Shown here: one piece after another, positions 27,953-37,142 of the stretch
Layout of the letters: every line of letters starts with the position of its first letter
How positions within the stretch are numbered: position 1 is the first letter of the stretch
NCBI GenBank assembly: GCA_016182905.1
Contig: JACPFR010000005.1
Location: 76,185 to 140,184 of the forward strand
Origin: Elusimicrobiota bacterium
Lineage (GTDB): Bacteria; Elusimicrobiota; Elusimicrobia; UBA1565; UBA9628
Length of the DNA stretch: 64,000 nucleotides
Direction of reading: 5' to 3'
Notes under the pieces: model-generated
The model's database searches: none
What the model saw: the letters and a program-made list of their open reading frames with translations, nothing else
What the model was told of the DNA's origin: nothing
Made by a program: the position numbers and the translations under genes

Positions 27953-30900
27953 TCCATCATGAAGTAGAGTACGGGCACGGCGATGCGCGAGAGCACGGTG
28001 GAAGCGACCTCGCCCGCCATCAACGCCACCGCCAGGCCCTGGAAGATGGGGTCGAACAGGATCACGCCCGCGCCCGCGACGACGGCCGCCGCGGTCAGGA
28101 GCATGGGCCGGAAGCGCACCGCGCCCGCGTCGATCACCGCGTCGCGCAGAGTCATGCCCTCGCGGCGGCGCAGCTCGATGAAGTCGACGAGGATGATCGA
28201 GTTGCGCACGACGATGCCCGCGCCCGCGATGAAGCCGATCATCGAGGTGGCGGTGAAGAAGGCGCCCATCGCCCAGTGCGCGGGCAGGATGCCGACCAAG
28301 GTCAGCGGGATCGGCGCCATGATGACGAGCGGGACGGTGAAGGACTCGAACCAGGCCACGACGAGGCCGTAGATGAGGAGGAGCACCAGGGCGAAGGCGA
28401 CGCCCATGTCGCGGAACACCTCGTAGGTGATCTGCCACTCGCCGTCCCATTTCAGCGCGAGCTTGGAGCGGTCGTCGGGCAGGCGCGTGTACCAGGTCTC
28501 GAGGTCGACGCCGGCGTCCCTCGCCAGCCTCTCGATGCGCGGCTTCAAGTCGAGCAAGGCGTAGACCGGACTCTCCGTGCGGCCCCCGACCTCGGCGATC
28601 ACGTAGGACACGGGCCGCAGGTTCTTGTGGTAGACCGGGCCGTCCGCGTCGAGCCTCGATTCCCGCGTGAGCGCGCCGACCGTGATGGGCGCGCCGGAAC
28701 GGGCGATCAACGACACCGCGCGCGCCCCGTCGAGGGAGCGGCGGCGGTCCTCCGGAAGGCGCAGGGCGATCTCGACGGGCTCGAGCTCGCCGTCCATGTG
28801 CGCCAGGTCCAAGGTCTCCCCGGCGAGGCCCAGGCGCGCGGCGGCGGCGACCGAGGCTGGCGCGATGCCGTTGAGCGTCGCCTTCTCCCGGTCGACGACG
28901 AGGCGGCTCAGCGGCTCCGGCGAGGGGACATAGGTGTCCACGTCGGTGACGTCCGGGGTCATCTCGAGCAGAGCCTTCAGCCGCCGGGCGAAATCGTCGC
29001 GCTTGGCGGCATCGGGCCCGTACACCTCGAACACCAAAGTCGACAGCACGGGCGGGCCCGGCGGGACCTCGGCCACCTGCACGCGCGCGCCGTATTTCCG
29101 GGCGATCTCGGTGACGGCCGGCCTCACTCCGCGGGCGATCGGGTGGCTCTGCCGCCGCTTGCCCTTCGGCGTCAGCCGCACGACGAGGTCGGCCTGATCG
29201 GGATTCGTCCGCAGGAAGTAGTGACGCACGAGGCCGTTGAAGTTGTGCGGCGCGCCCACGCCGAGGTAGGCGATGACTCTCTCGACCTCGGGGACAGCCC
29301 GCAGGACCGCGGAGAGCTCCGCCACCGCGCCCTTCGTCGCGGTCAAGGACGAGCCCTCGGGCATATTGAGCACGACCTCGAAGTCGTCCTTATCGTCGAA
29401 CGGGAGCATCTTGATGACGACGGCCTTCAGCGGCACGAGCGCGGCCGCGGCCAGGAGCATCAGCGCGGTCGCGGCCAGGTACCAGGCCCGCGCCTTGCGG
29501 TCGTCGAGAAGGCGGCCCATCACGCGGCGGTACAGGCGGTCGAGTGCGCCTTCCTCCGCGTGCGCCTTGGCCGGGCTCGGCTTCCAATAGGTCAGGATCT
29601 TCACGAACGCCCAGGGAGACACGACGAAGGCGATGAAGGCCGAGAACAGCATCGCGAACGAGGCGCCGACCGGGATCGGGCGCATGTACGGCCCCATGAG
29701 GCCGCCGACGAAGGCCATGGGCAGGATCGCGGCGATCACGGCCCAGGTGGCGAGCAAGGTGGGGTTGCCCACCTCGTCGGTGGCGTCCACCGCGAGCTTC
29801 CACAGAGGCCGTCCGTCGCCCATCGCGAAGTGACGGTGGATGTTCTCCACGACGACGATCGCGTCATCCACTAGGATCCCTATTGAAAAAATGAGCGCGA
29901 ACAAGGTGATCCGGTTGAGCGTGTAGCCCACCATCCAGTACACCAGCAAGGTGAGCGCGAGCGTGACCGGCACGGCGATCAGCACCACCAGCGCCTCGCG
30001 CAGACCGAGGGCGAGGGCCACCAGCACGGTGACCGAGAGCGTGGCGAGCAGCATGTGATAGAGGAGCTCGTCGGACTTGTGCTTCGCGGTCTCGCCGTAG
30101 TCGCGCGTGACCGTGACGGTCAGCGCGCCCGGAAGGGACTCGCGGGCCTTCTCCACCCGGGCCAAAGCGGCGCGGGTGACGGTGGTCGCGTTGGCGCCGC
30201 GGCGCTTGGACACCTGGAGCGTCACCGCGGGGACCGCCGCGCCGGAGGGCCCTTCGTAGACGGCGACTTCCCGCTCGTCCTCGTCGGGGCCGTCGACGAC
30301 CTTGGCCACGTCGGCGACGCGCACCGGCCGCCCGTCGGAGACGCCCAGCACCACGGCCCGCAGATCGTCCGCGCCGCGGATGAAGGCGTCCGTCTCCACC
30401 TTCACCGCGCGCCCGCCCGCGTCCACGGTGCCGGACGGAAGGCGGCGGTTCGAGGCTCTCAAGAGCCCCGCCAGATCGAGCGGGGACAGACGGCGGCGCG
30501 CCAGCGCCGCCGGGTCGAAGAACACCGACAGGCGCCGGCGCCGGCCGCCCAGGATCTCGACGTCGGCCACGTTCTCGACGGTGGTCACCACGCGGCGCAG
30601 CTCGGCGGCGGCGCGGCGCAGCTGGAGCGGGGAAAGTCCGGCGCCCGTGAGGGTCAGGGCCAGGACCGGCACGTCGTCGATCGAGCGGGGCTTGATCAGG
30701 GGCTGCCCCGCGCCCGGAGGGAGCAGGTCGAGGTTGGCGAAGGTCTTGGTGTAGACGCGCGTCATCGCGTCGTCGGGGTCGGTGCCGACCTTGAAGCGCA
30801 CGATGAAGAAGGCGCCGTTGTTCTGGGCGGTCGCGTACACGTACTCGACGCCGGGGATCTCCATGAGGCGGCGCTCGCCGACGGCGACGACGCGCTCCGA

Positions 30901-31104
30901 CACCTCGGCCGCGCTCGAGCCGGGCATCGGCACCATGACGTCGAACATCGGCACGTTGATCTGCGGCTCCTCCTCTCGCGGCAGGCGGGCGGTCGCCATC
31001 GCGCCCAGCGCGATCGCGCCGAGCACGATCAGGGCCGTCAGCTTGGAGCGGACGAAGGACTGGGCCAGGCGCCCGGCGGGTCCGAGGGGGGGGTGGGCGT
31101 TCAT
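27940..31104 (-). CDS. RND efflux transporter permease (AcrB/CzcA superfamily)
   Basis: About 1055 aa, 12 TM with two large periplasmic loops. N-terminus FVRSKLTALIVLGAIALGAMATARLPREEEPQINVPMFDVMVPMPGSSAAEVSERV is typical of HAE/HME RND pumps. Start set at MNAHPP. Confidence 0.85.
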   Translation of the reverse strand: MNAHPPLGPAGRLAQSFVRSKLTALIVLGAIALGAMATARLPREEEPQINVPMFDVMVPMPGSSAAEVSERVVAVGERRLMEIPGVEYVYATAQNNGAFFIVRFKVGTDPDDAMTRVYTKTFANLDLLPPGAGQPLIKPRSIDDVPVLALTLTGAGLSPLQLRRAAAELRRVVTTVENVADVEILGGRRRRLSVFFDPAALARRRLSPLDLAGLLRASNRRLPSGTVDAGGRAVKVETDAFIRGADDLRAVVLGVSDGRPVRVADVAKVVDGPDEDEREVAVYEGPSGAAVPAVTLQVSKRRGANATTVTRAALARVEKARESLPGALTVTVTRDYGETAKHKSDELLYHMLLATLSVTVLVALALGLREALVVLIAVPVTLALTLLVYWMVGYTLNRITLFALIFSIGILVDDAIVVVENIHRHFAMGDGRPLWKLAVDATDEVGNPTLLATWAVIAAILPMAFVGGLMGPYMRPIPVGASFAMLFSAFIAFVVSPWAFVKILTYWKPSPAKAHAEEGALDRLYRRVMGRLLDDRKARAWYLAATALMLLAAAALVPLKAVVIKMLPFDDKDDFEVVLNMPEGSSLTATKGAVAELSAVLRAVPEVERVIAYLGVGAPHNFNGLVRHYFLRTNPDQADLVVRLTPKGKRRQSHPIARGVRPAVTEIARKYGARVQVAEVPPGPPVLSTLVFEVYGPDAAKRDDFARRLKALLEMTPDVTDVDTYVPSPEPLSRLVVDREKATLNGIAPASVAAAARLGLAGETLDLAHMDGELEPVEIALRLPEDRRRSLDGARAVSLIARSGAPITVGALTRESRLDADGPVYHKNLRPVSYVIAEVGGRTESPVYALLDLKPRIERLARDAGVDLETWYTRLPDDRSKLALKWDGEWQITYEVFRDMGVAFALVLLLIYGLVVAWFESFTVPLVIMAPIPLTLVGILPAHWAMGAFFTATSMIGFIAGAGIVVRNSIILVDFIELRRREGMTLRDAVIDAGAVRFRPMLLTAAAVVAGAGVILFDPIFQGLAVALMAGEVASTVLSRIAVPVLYFMMEEDR

Positions 31105-32438
31105 CGCGGGACCTCCAGGCTGCGGCCGAGCACGGCCACGGCGTCCGGGTCGAAGCGCCCCTGCGCGGCGCGCAGGGCCGCCCATTCGGAGCGCTGGCGG
31201 CAGACGGCCTCCAGCCGCGCCTCCTCGAGGCGGGCGACGGCTTCCTCCGCGCGCAGGACCTCGAGCACGCTTTGTCGGCCTTCCCGATAGAGGGGGCGGA
31301 CCTGCTCGAGCGACTCTCGCGCCCGGGACAGGGCCTCGCGCAGCTCCGGGAGCGCGGCGGCCAGGCCCCGGAGGCCCGCGGCGCGGGCCAGGACCTCTCC
31401 GCGGGCCGCGTCCTCGGCGCTCATCCGCGCCGCGCCGGCCGCGGCTTCATCGGCCGCGGCGCGCGCGCGCCGCGAGGCGTACGCGGGGTCGCCGAACAGC
31501 ACGCTCGCGCGCACGCCCACGAGGCGGCTCGCGGCGCCGGAGTTGAAGCCGTCGGCGGAGTTATTCACCGCGGCGAAGGCGTCGACCGTCGGCAGCAGGC
31601 TGTGCCTGGCGCCGTCGCGGCGCACGCCGGCCGCCCGCTCGCGCAGGCCGGCCGCGCGCAGGTCGGGGCGCGCGGCCAGGGCCGCGGCGACGAGGGCCTC
31701 GTCGCTCTCCAGAGGGGCCGCCCAATCGAGCAAAGCCCCGGTCGTCTCGGGCGCGGGCCCGCCGAGCAGGACGCCCAGCTCGGAGCGGCTCGCCTCGCGC
31801 TCGGCCGCGGCGCGCGCGCGCCAGGCCTTGAGGCCCGACAGGACGGCGAGCGCGGCCTGGTGATCGGAGCCGAGCACGAGGCCCTGCTTCTTGAGGCGCT
31901 CCGCGCTGTCGACCGCGGCGCGCGCCGTGGCCAGGCGGGCGTCGAGCTCCTCGAGGACGCCCTCCGACTTCAGGGCGCGCAGATAGGCGCCGGCCGTCCG
32001 CAGGCGCACGGCCTGGGCGGCCGCGCCGCCCATGACCTCCGCCTCGTCGGCCGACAGCGCCGCGAGCCTCCCCGCCCGCGTCAGCTCGAAGCCGGTGAAC
32101 AGCGGCACGCCCAGCTCCAGGCTCCCGTGCACGGCGGTGCGGTAGCCGGGATGATTGAGCGTGTCGGGGTTGAAGTCGGGGGCCGTGACGGCGCGCCGCG
32201 TCATCAGCTCGCCGAAGGCGTACAGCGGGTCGTCGCCGCGCATCGCCGACGCGCGGGCGCTCAGGCGAGGCCAGCGGGTCCAGAACGCCTCGCGTCCGGC
32301 GGCCTCGGCCTGGGCCCGGCGGGCCTTCGCCTCGGCGGCCGCCGGCGAACGCAGGACGGCCGCCTCCGACGCGGCCGACAGGTCCAGCGCCGCGGCGGGC
32401 GCGGCGGCCAGGATCAGGAACAGCGGGAAGACTCTCAT
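31101..32438 (-). CDS. TolC-family outer-membrane efflux protein
   Basis: Signal peptide, 445 aa, two alpha-helical coiled-coil repeat halves rich in A/R/E, typical of OMF proteins. Stop overlaps the RND start. Confidence 0.7.
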   Translation of the reverse strand: MRVFPLFLILAAAPAAALDLSAASEAAVLRSPAAAEAKARRAQAEAAGREAFWTRWPRLSARASAMRGDDPLYAFGELMTRRAVTAPDFNPDTLNHPGYRTAVHGSLELGVPLFTGFELTRAGRLAALSADEAEVMGGAAAQAVRLRTAGAYLRALKSEGVLEELDARLATARAAVDSAERLKKQGLVLGSDHQAALAVLSGLKAWRARAAAEREASRSELGVLLGGPAPETTGALLDWAAPLESDEALVAAALAARPDLRAAGLRERAAGVRRDGARHSLLPTVDAFAAVNNSADGFNSGAASRLVGVRASVLFGDPAYASRRARAAADEAAAGAARMSAEDAARGEVLARAAGLRGLAAALPELREALSRARESLEQVRPLYREGRQSVLEVLRAEEAVARLEEARLEAVCRQRSEWAALRAAQGRFDPDAVAVLGRSLEVPR

Positions 32439-32496
32439 GGTTCGATACCCCTCACCTGTTGGATGCGGGCCGATCCAAAAGGATTCAGGGATCGCG

Positions 32497-32736
32497 CTAT
32501 CGGCGGCGCAACGCGGCGGCCAGGGCGCGGCGGGCCGAGGCGGGGGGAGGGGAGGCGCGCTTGAGCGCGCGCAAGGTCAGGACGGTGTGCTCCAAGGTCT
32601 TGAGCAAGGAGGCGCAGGAGCGGCACGAGGCGCGGTGGCGGGCGAGGAGCTTGCGCTGCGGCGCGGGTAGCTCCTGGTCGAGGTAATCGAGCAGGAGGCC
32701 CACGCGCCGGCGGCAGGACATCTTCTCGAGCTTCAT
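32497..32736 (-). CDS. anti-sigma factor (zf-HC2 family)
   Basis: 79 aa. CRRRVGLLLDYLDQEL ... HRASCRSCAS matches the zinc-finger anti-sigma motif (H-x3-C-x2-C). Start overlaps the ECF sigma stop. Confidence 0.7.
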   Translation of the reverse strand: MKLEKMSCRRRVGLLLDYLDQELPAPQRKLLARHRASCRSCASLLKTLEHTVLTLRALKRASPPPASARRALAAALRRR

Positions 32737-33320
32737 AGGGAGCGCTCGAACTCGTCGCGGAGGAACAGCCGCCCGCGATGGAGGCGGGATTTGACCGCGG
32801 GGATGCTCAGCTTCAGGATCTTCGCCGTCTCCGCCGCGGAGAGCCCCTCGACGTCGCGCAAAGTCAGCACGAGCCGGTACTCCATCGGCAGCTTGGCCAA
32901 CGCCCCGGAGACTTTTCCGATGAGCTCCTTCTTGTTGGCGGCCTCCTCCGGGGTGGGGGCCCAGTCCCGGAATTGATGCGACGGGGCGTCCTCGTGGTCG
33001 TGCGGGCGGTCGAGGAGCGGCACGAACGGCTCGCCGCGCTTCTTGCGCCGCTTCATCAGGCACAGGTTCGAGGCGATGCGGTACAGCCAGGTGCCCAGCT
33101 CCGAATCGCCGCGGAAGGCCTTGAGCTTCTTGAAGGCGGTGATGAAGGTGTCCTGGTAGACGTCGTCGGCCTCGGCGGAGAGGCCCGCGCAGACGGTCTT
33201 CGCCAACCGGTAGATGCGGTCCTCGTAGCGGCCGACGAGGCTCGAGAAAGCCTCGGTGTCCCCGTTGCGGCTGCGTTCGATGAGTTCTTTTTCCGCCTGC
33301 ACGCGCTGATTATAGTGCAT
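32733..33320 (-). CDS. ECF-type RNA polymerase sigma factor (sigma-70 family)
   Basis: Region 2 (DVYQDTFITAFKKLKAFRGDSELGTWLYRIASNLCL) and region 4 HTH (LSAAETAKILKLSIPAVKSRLHRGR). Confidence 0.85.
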   Translation of the reverse strand: MHYNQRVQAEKELIERSRNGDTEAFSSLVGRYEDRIYRLAKTVCAGLSAEADDVYQDTFITAFKKLKAFRGDSELGTWLYRIASNLCLMKRRKKRGEPFVPLLDRPHDHEDAPSHQFRDWAPTPEEAANKKELIGKVSGALAKLPMEYRLVLTLRDVEGLSAAETAKILKLSIPAVKSRLHRGRLFLRDEFERSL

Positions 33321-33395
33321 CCGGCCCGCCGGGCATGCGCCTTTTTTTATTTTTCATTTCTCCCTCAGGGGTTTTGAGCAGAAATCTGCGCAAAA

Positions 33396-33450
33396 CCAAA
33401 CACGCGGGTTTTGAGCTGGGATTCGATCAAAACCCTCTTCGAGAAAATCA
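33396..33450. repeat. GGGTTTTGA repeats (two direct, one inverted forming a 9-bp stem hairpin) upstream of the ECF sigma gene and IS fragment
   Basis: aGGGGTTTTGAgcag ... cGGGTTTTGAgctgggattcgaTCAAAACCC. Confidence 0.55.
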
Positions 33451-33495
33451 AATAGGGCCGAGGGAACAATTCGGGGGGCTCGATCGTATGAGAGG

Positions 33496-33930
33496 ATGCG
33501 ATTTCGCAGATACCCGTATGAATGGCCGGGAATCCCGGCGTGGTGCTGGCCGCGCGTCGCGCGCGAGCTTCCGTCGATCAGGAAACAGCCGTTCCTGAAG
33601 GCTCTGCGAAAGGGCGGGCGGCCCCGCTGCGACGACCGGTTGGCTCTCGGGGCGATCCTCTGGCGACTGCGCTGCGGCGGCACCTGGAGCGAGCTTCCGG
33701 AGCGGTTCGGCTCCGCCGCCACGGCGCGCCGGCGCCTGGCGAAATGGCAAAGGGGGTGCATTTTGGAGCGGGCCTGGCGCGCGTATCTTTATCAGCAAAG
33801 CAGGGGCGAGCTGGAGCGCTGGCGGGACTGCTTCGAGGCTGGCGCCTTCCGGGGCGAGTCGTTCTGGCGCTACGATCTAGACCGCGTCTGGAGGACGGAG
33901 TTCGCGCCGATCGTGGCGGAAAAACTATGA
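33496..33930 (+). pseudogene. IS5-family transposase N-terminal (DUF4096-type) fragment; the DDE catalytic half is absent
   Basis: WPRVARELP ... GRPRCDDRLALGAILWRLRCGGTWSELPERFGSAATARRRLAKWQ matches the N-terminal domain of IS5/IS427-group transposases. The ORF stops after 144 aa and the next gene is unrelated. Confidence 0.6.
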
Positions 33931-33937
33931 TGGACGG

Positions 33938-34735
33938 GTGAGCCAGCCCTACGCCGACTTCGTGCGGGAGTTCGAGTCGCTTCTCGAGCGGGCCGTGCGC
34001 CTGCCGCGCGGGGGCCTGCGCCCCGCGCCCCGTCCCGCGCCGAAGCCGGACGCTCCCCTGGCGCTCATCCTCGCGCCGCATCCCGACGACGAGTGCATCG
34101 TCGGCGCCCTGCCCCTGCGCCTCCAGCGCGAGGGAGGTTGGCGCGTCGCCGTCGCGCCGGTCACCTTGGGCTCGCGCCCGGAGCGCCGGGAGGCGCGCCT
34201 GGCCGAGTTCCGCGACGCCTGCGCCTTCCTCGGCTGGGACGCTCTGTCCCTGCAGGACGGCGGCCTGGCCGACCTCCTGCGCCGCGAGAGCCCTCGTCTC
34301 GTGCTGATCCCGCACGCCGAGGACGCGAACTCCACTCACCGCCGCGTCCACGGCCTCGCCGTGTCGGCGATGCGCTCGCTCGGGTCGGGCTTCCGATGCG
34401 CCGTCGCGGAGACCGAGTACTGGTCGACCATGCCCGACCCGAACCTGATGGTCGAGACGCCGGCCGAGGCCGCGGGCGACCTCGTCGCCGCGCTCTCGTT
34501 CCATAAGGGCGAGATCGAGCGCAACCCCTACCACGTCCTCCTGCCGTGCTGGCTCGCCGACGGCGCGCGCCGCGGCGCGGAGCTCGTCGGCGGCCAGGGC
34601 GCGTCCGCGCCCGCATTCCGGCTCGCCGCGCTCTACCGCCTCTCGGCGTGGAACGGCTCCGCGCTCGCGCGCGCGGCGGGTCCGGGCCGCGTCGCGGCCG
34701 CCGGCGCGGACCTCGCGGTCATCGTCGGCCCGTGA
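33938..34735 (+). CDS. PIG-L/LmbE family N-acetylglucosaminyl deacetylase
   Basis: ILAPHPDDECIVGALPL (HPDDE motif) and downstream His-rich catalytic pattern. Confidence 0.75.
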   Translation: MSQPYADFVREFESLLERAVRLPRGGLRPAPRPAPKPDAPLALILAPHPDDECIVGALPLRLQREGGWRVAVAPVTLGSRPERREARLAEFRDACAFLGWDALSLQDGGLADLLRRESPRLVLIPHAEDANSTHRRVHGLAVSAMRSLGSGFRCAVAETEYWSTMPDPNLMVETPAEAAGDLVAALSFHKGEIERNPYHVLLPCWLADGARRGAELVGGQGASAPAFRLAALYRLSAWNGSALARAAGPGRVAAAGADLAVIVGP

Positions 34736-34901
34736 GGACGAAGCCCAGCACCGCCCCGTAGAGCGTGCTGACGTAGGGGTTCGACGTCAGCGGGCAGGTC
34801 CCCGTGACGCAGCCCACGAAGCGGTAGTAGGCGTAGCCGGCGATGGCTCCGAGCAAGGCGCCCCAGGCCTCCTGGGGCAGGGCGGCGAAAAGCATCTTCA
34901 T
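34719..34901 (-). CDS. small membrane protein with CxxxxC motif (hypothetical)
   Basis: 60 aa, two hydrophobic helices, GCVTGTC motif. Located immediately downstream of trxA on the same strand. Confidence 0.3.
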   Translation of the reverse strand: MKMLFAALPQEAWGALLGAIAGYAYYRFVGCVTGTCPLTSNPYVSTLYGAVLGFVLTGRR

Positions 34902-34911
34902 CGGGGGCCTC

Positions 34912-35232
34912 TCACAGGATCCGGTCGATGTGCGACTTCAGCGCCGCCTTAGGCATCACGCCCGTGGCGCGGTCCACCAGCGCGCCGCCCTTGAAGAACA
35001 TCATCGTCGGGATCGCCGAGATGCCGAGTGCCTCGGTCGCCGCCGGGTTCTCGTCGGTGTTGAGTTTGCCGATCTTGACCCGGCCCTCGTATTCGGCGGC
35101 CAGCTCCTCGACGATCGGGCCGAGCATCCGGCACGGCCCGCACCAGGGCGCCCAGAAGTCGACGACGACGGGGATCGGGCTGTTGAGGACCTCCGTCTTG
35201 AAGTTCGCGTCCGTGATCTCGATATGGCTCAT
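34912..35232 (-). CDS. trxA: thioredoxin
   Basis: WCGPC active site (VVDFWAPWCGPCRMLGPI), 106 aa. Confidence 0.95.
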   Translation of the reverse strand: MSHIEITDANFKTEVLNSPIPVVVDFWAPWCGPCRMLGPIVEELAAEYEGRVKIGKLNTDENPAATEALGISAIPTMMFFKGGALVDRATGVMPKAALKSHIDRIL

Positions 35233-35294
35233 GTGCGCACCTCCTCTCTCCTGTTTGGATGCGCGCCGGTCGAAAAGGATTCGCGAAGAAAACC

Positions 35295-35981
35295 CTAGGG
35301 CGGGCTGGCGATCCGGCCGTCGTGGACCTCGAAGATCCGGTCGAAGCCCTCGACCATGCGGCGGTCGTGGGTGACGACGAGGATCGCGGAGCGGTTCTCC
35401 ACCGCGAGCTTCTTGAGGAGAGCCATCACATTCCGCCCGTTCTCGGTGTCGAGGGCGGCCGTCGGCTCATCGGCCAGGATCACCTTGGGGCGGTTGGCGA
35501 GCGCGCGGGCGATGGCCACCCGCTGGCACTCCCCGCCGGACAGGGCCGAGGGGTGGTTGCTCAGGCGATGCCCCAGGTTCAGGGCTTCGAGCAGCGCGGT
35601 CGCCCGCTCCTTGGCCGCGCGCTGCGGCACGCCGTTGATCTGCAGGGCGATCATCACGTTCTCGAGGGCGGTGAGGAAGGGGATGAGGTTGTGCGCCTGG
35701 AAGATGAAGCCGAGCTTCTCGCGGCGGATCTTCTTGAGGTCGATCCCCGGCCGCCAGCCATCCTCGGCCACGGTCATGCCGTCGATGACGACCTTCCCGC
35801 GGGTGGGCTCGTTGATCAGTCCGATGGCGGTCAGAAGGGTCGTCTTTCCCGACCCGGAGGGTCCGAGGATGGCGACGAGCTCGCCGGGCTCGACCCGCAG
35901 CGACGCGTCCTCGATGGCGCGCACCGCGGTATGCCCCTGGCCGTAGATCTTCGTCAGCTTCTCGACTTCGACCGCGTACAT
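35295..35981 (-). CDS. ABC transporter ATP-binding protein (MacB/LolD-type)
   Basis: Walker A (GPSGSGKTT), LSGGECQRVAIARAL signature, Walker B (ILADEPT). Confidence 0.9.
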   Translation of the reverse strand: MYAVEVEKLTKIYGQGHTAVRAIEDASLRVEPGELVAILGPSGSGKTTLLTAIGLINEPTRGKVVIDGMTVAEDGWRPGIDLKKIRREKLGFIFQAHNLIPFLTALENVMIALQINGVPQRAAKERATALLEALNLGHRLSNHPSALSGGECQRVAIARALANRPKVILADEPTAALDTENGRNVMALLKKLAVENRSAILVVTHDRRMVEGFDRIFEVHDGRIASPP

Positions 35982-35990
35982 GGGATTCCC

Positions 35991-37142
35991 TCAGCCTCCG
36001 AGCGCCTCGGCCGGCTCGACCTTGAGCGCCTTGCGGATGCCGGCGAAGCTCGCCAGCGCGCAGATGGCCATGATGACGACGAAGAGCAGCCGCAGATCGA
36101 AGGGCTCCAGCACGACGCGGCGCGGGAACTTCTCGTAGGTCAGCGCGATCAGGAGCCAGCCGAGCCCGTAGGCGATGAGCCCCATCATCAGCGACTGCTG
36201 GAGGATCATGCCGACGATCAGCGAATCGGGGGAGCCGATCAGCTTGAGCGTGGCGATGACCCGGATCTTGTCGAGGGTCGAGGTGTAGATGATCAGCGAG
36301 ATGATCACGGCCGAGATCACGAGCAGGATGACGCGGAACAGGCCGAGCTGCATGCGCGCCTTCTCGATCATCCCCTTGGTGATGATCCGGTTCTGCTCGT
36401 CGTCGGTGACGGCGCGGAAATGGCTCCAGCGGCCGATGCGCGCCGCGACCTCCGCGGGATCGGCGCCCGGCGCGAGGCGCGCGATCACGGCGTTGACGAC
36501 GTGCGTCGACGGGGCTCCGGCCGCGCCGAGCCCGGCGGCGGCGCGCCGCCGCTCGTTGCGGATCGCGTCGTTGTCGCTCTTGAACTGGATGTCCTGGGCG
36601 TCGGGAAGGCTCACGAAGGCGGCGGGATCGCCGCCGGAGGAGACGATCTTGCCGGTGACGCCGACCACGGTATACTCGTGGAGGCCGAGCCGGAGGGTTT
36701 CGCCGACCTCCAGGTTCATGCCCTGCCCGGCCACCAGCTCGTAGCGCTTGCGGCGGATCGGGCGTCCGGCGACGATCTCCGTCGGACCTCCGAAGGAGCC
36801 CAGGTCGTAGCCGACGAGGAAGAAACGGAACGGCTTCCCGTGACGGTCGAACTGGATCGTCTGGAACGAGAGGGGCGCGGCCTCGAGCACGCCGGGAACG
36901 GCGGCGACGCGGTAGCGGACGTCCTCCGGTATGCGGGACACCGCGGCGAAGGGGCCGTTCGTGTCCTGCTGCACCACCCAGAGGTCCGCCTCGGCGGCGC
37001 GGCTGAAGGAGAGGGCGTCCGCCACCAGGCCCCGGTAGATCCCGCCCATGCTCATCACCACGCCGACGAGGAGGCCCAGGCCGACGGACGTGAGCGCGAA
37101 CCGCGCCCGATGATAGTCGACGTCGCGCAGGGCGAGGTTCAT
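35991..37142 (-). CDS. ABC transporter permease (FtsX/MacB-like)
   Basis: 383 aa from MNLALRDV. N-terminal TM, large periplasmic domain, C-terminal 3-TM FtsX-type block. The upstream part of the 538-aa ORF is an Arg/Gly-rich frame artefact. ATGA overlap with the adaptor gene. Confidence 0.8.
   Translation of the reverse strand: MNLALRDVDYHRARFALTSVGLGLLVGVVMSMGGIYRGLVADALSFSRAAEADLWVVQQDTNGPFAAVSRIPEDVRYRVAAVPGVLEAAPLSFQTIQFDRHGKPFRFFLVGYDLGSFGGPTEIVAGRPIRRKRYELVAGQGMNLEVGETLRLGLHEYTVVGVTGKIVSSGGDPAAFVSLPDAQDIQFKSDNDAIRNERRRAAAGLGAAGAPSTHVVNAVIARLAPGADPAEVAARIGRWSHFRAVTDDEQNRIITKGMIEKARMQLGLFRVILLVISAVIISLIIYTSTLDKIRVIATLKLIGSPDSLIVGMILQQSLMMGLIAYGLGWLLIALTYEKFPRRVVLEPFDLRLLFVVIMAICALASFAGIRKALKVEPAEALGG

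Noticed and set aside
28276-31546. Plus-strand ORFs of 532, 411 and 254 aa antisense to the RND pump and TolC
   Set aside because: Antisense high-GC artefacts (H/R/G/D-rich). The RND and TolC frames are clearly coding.
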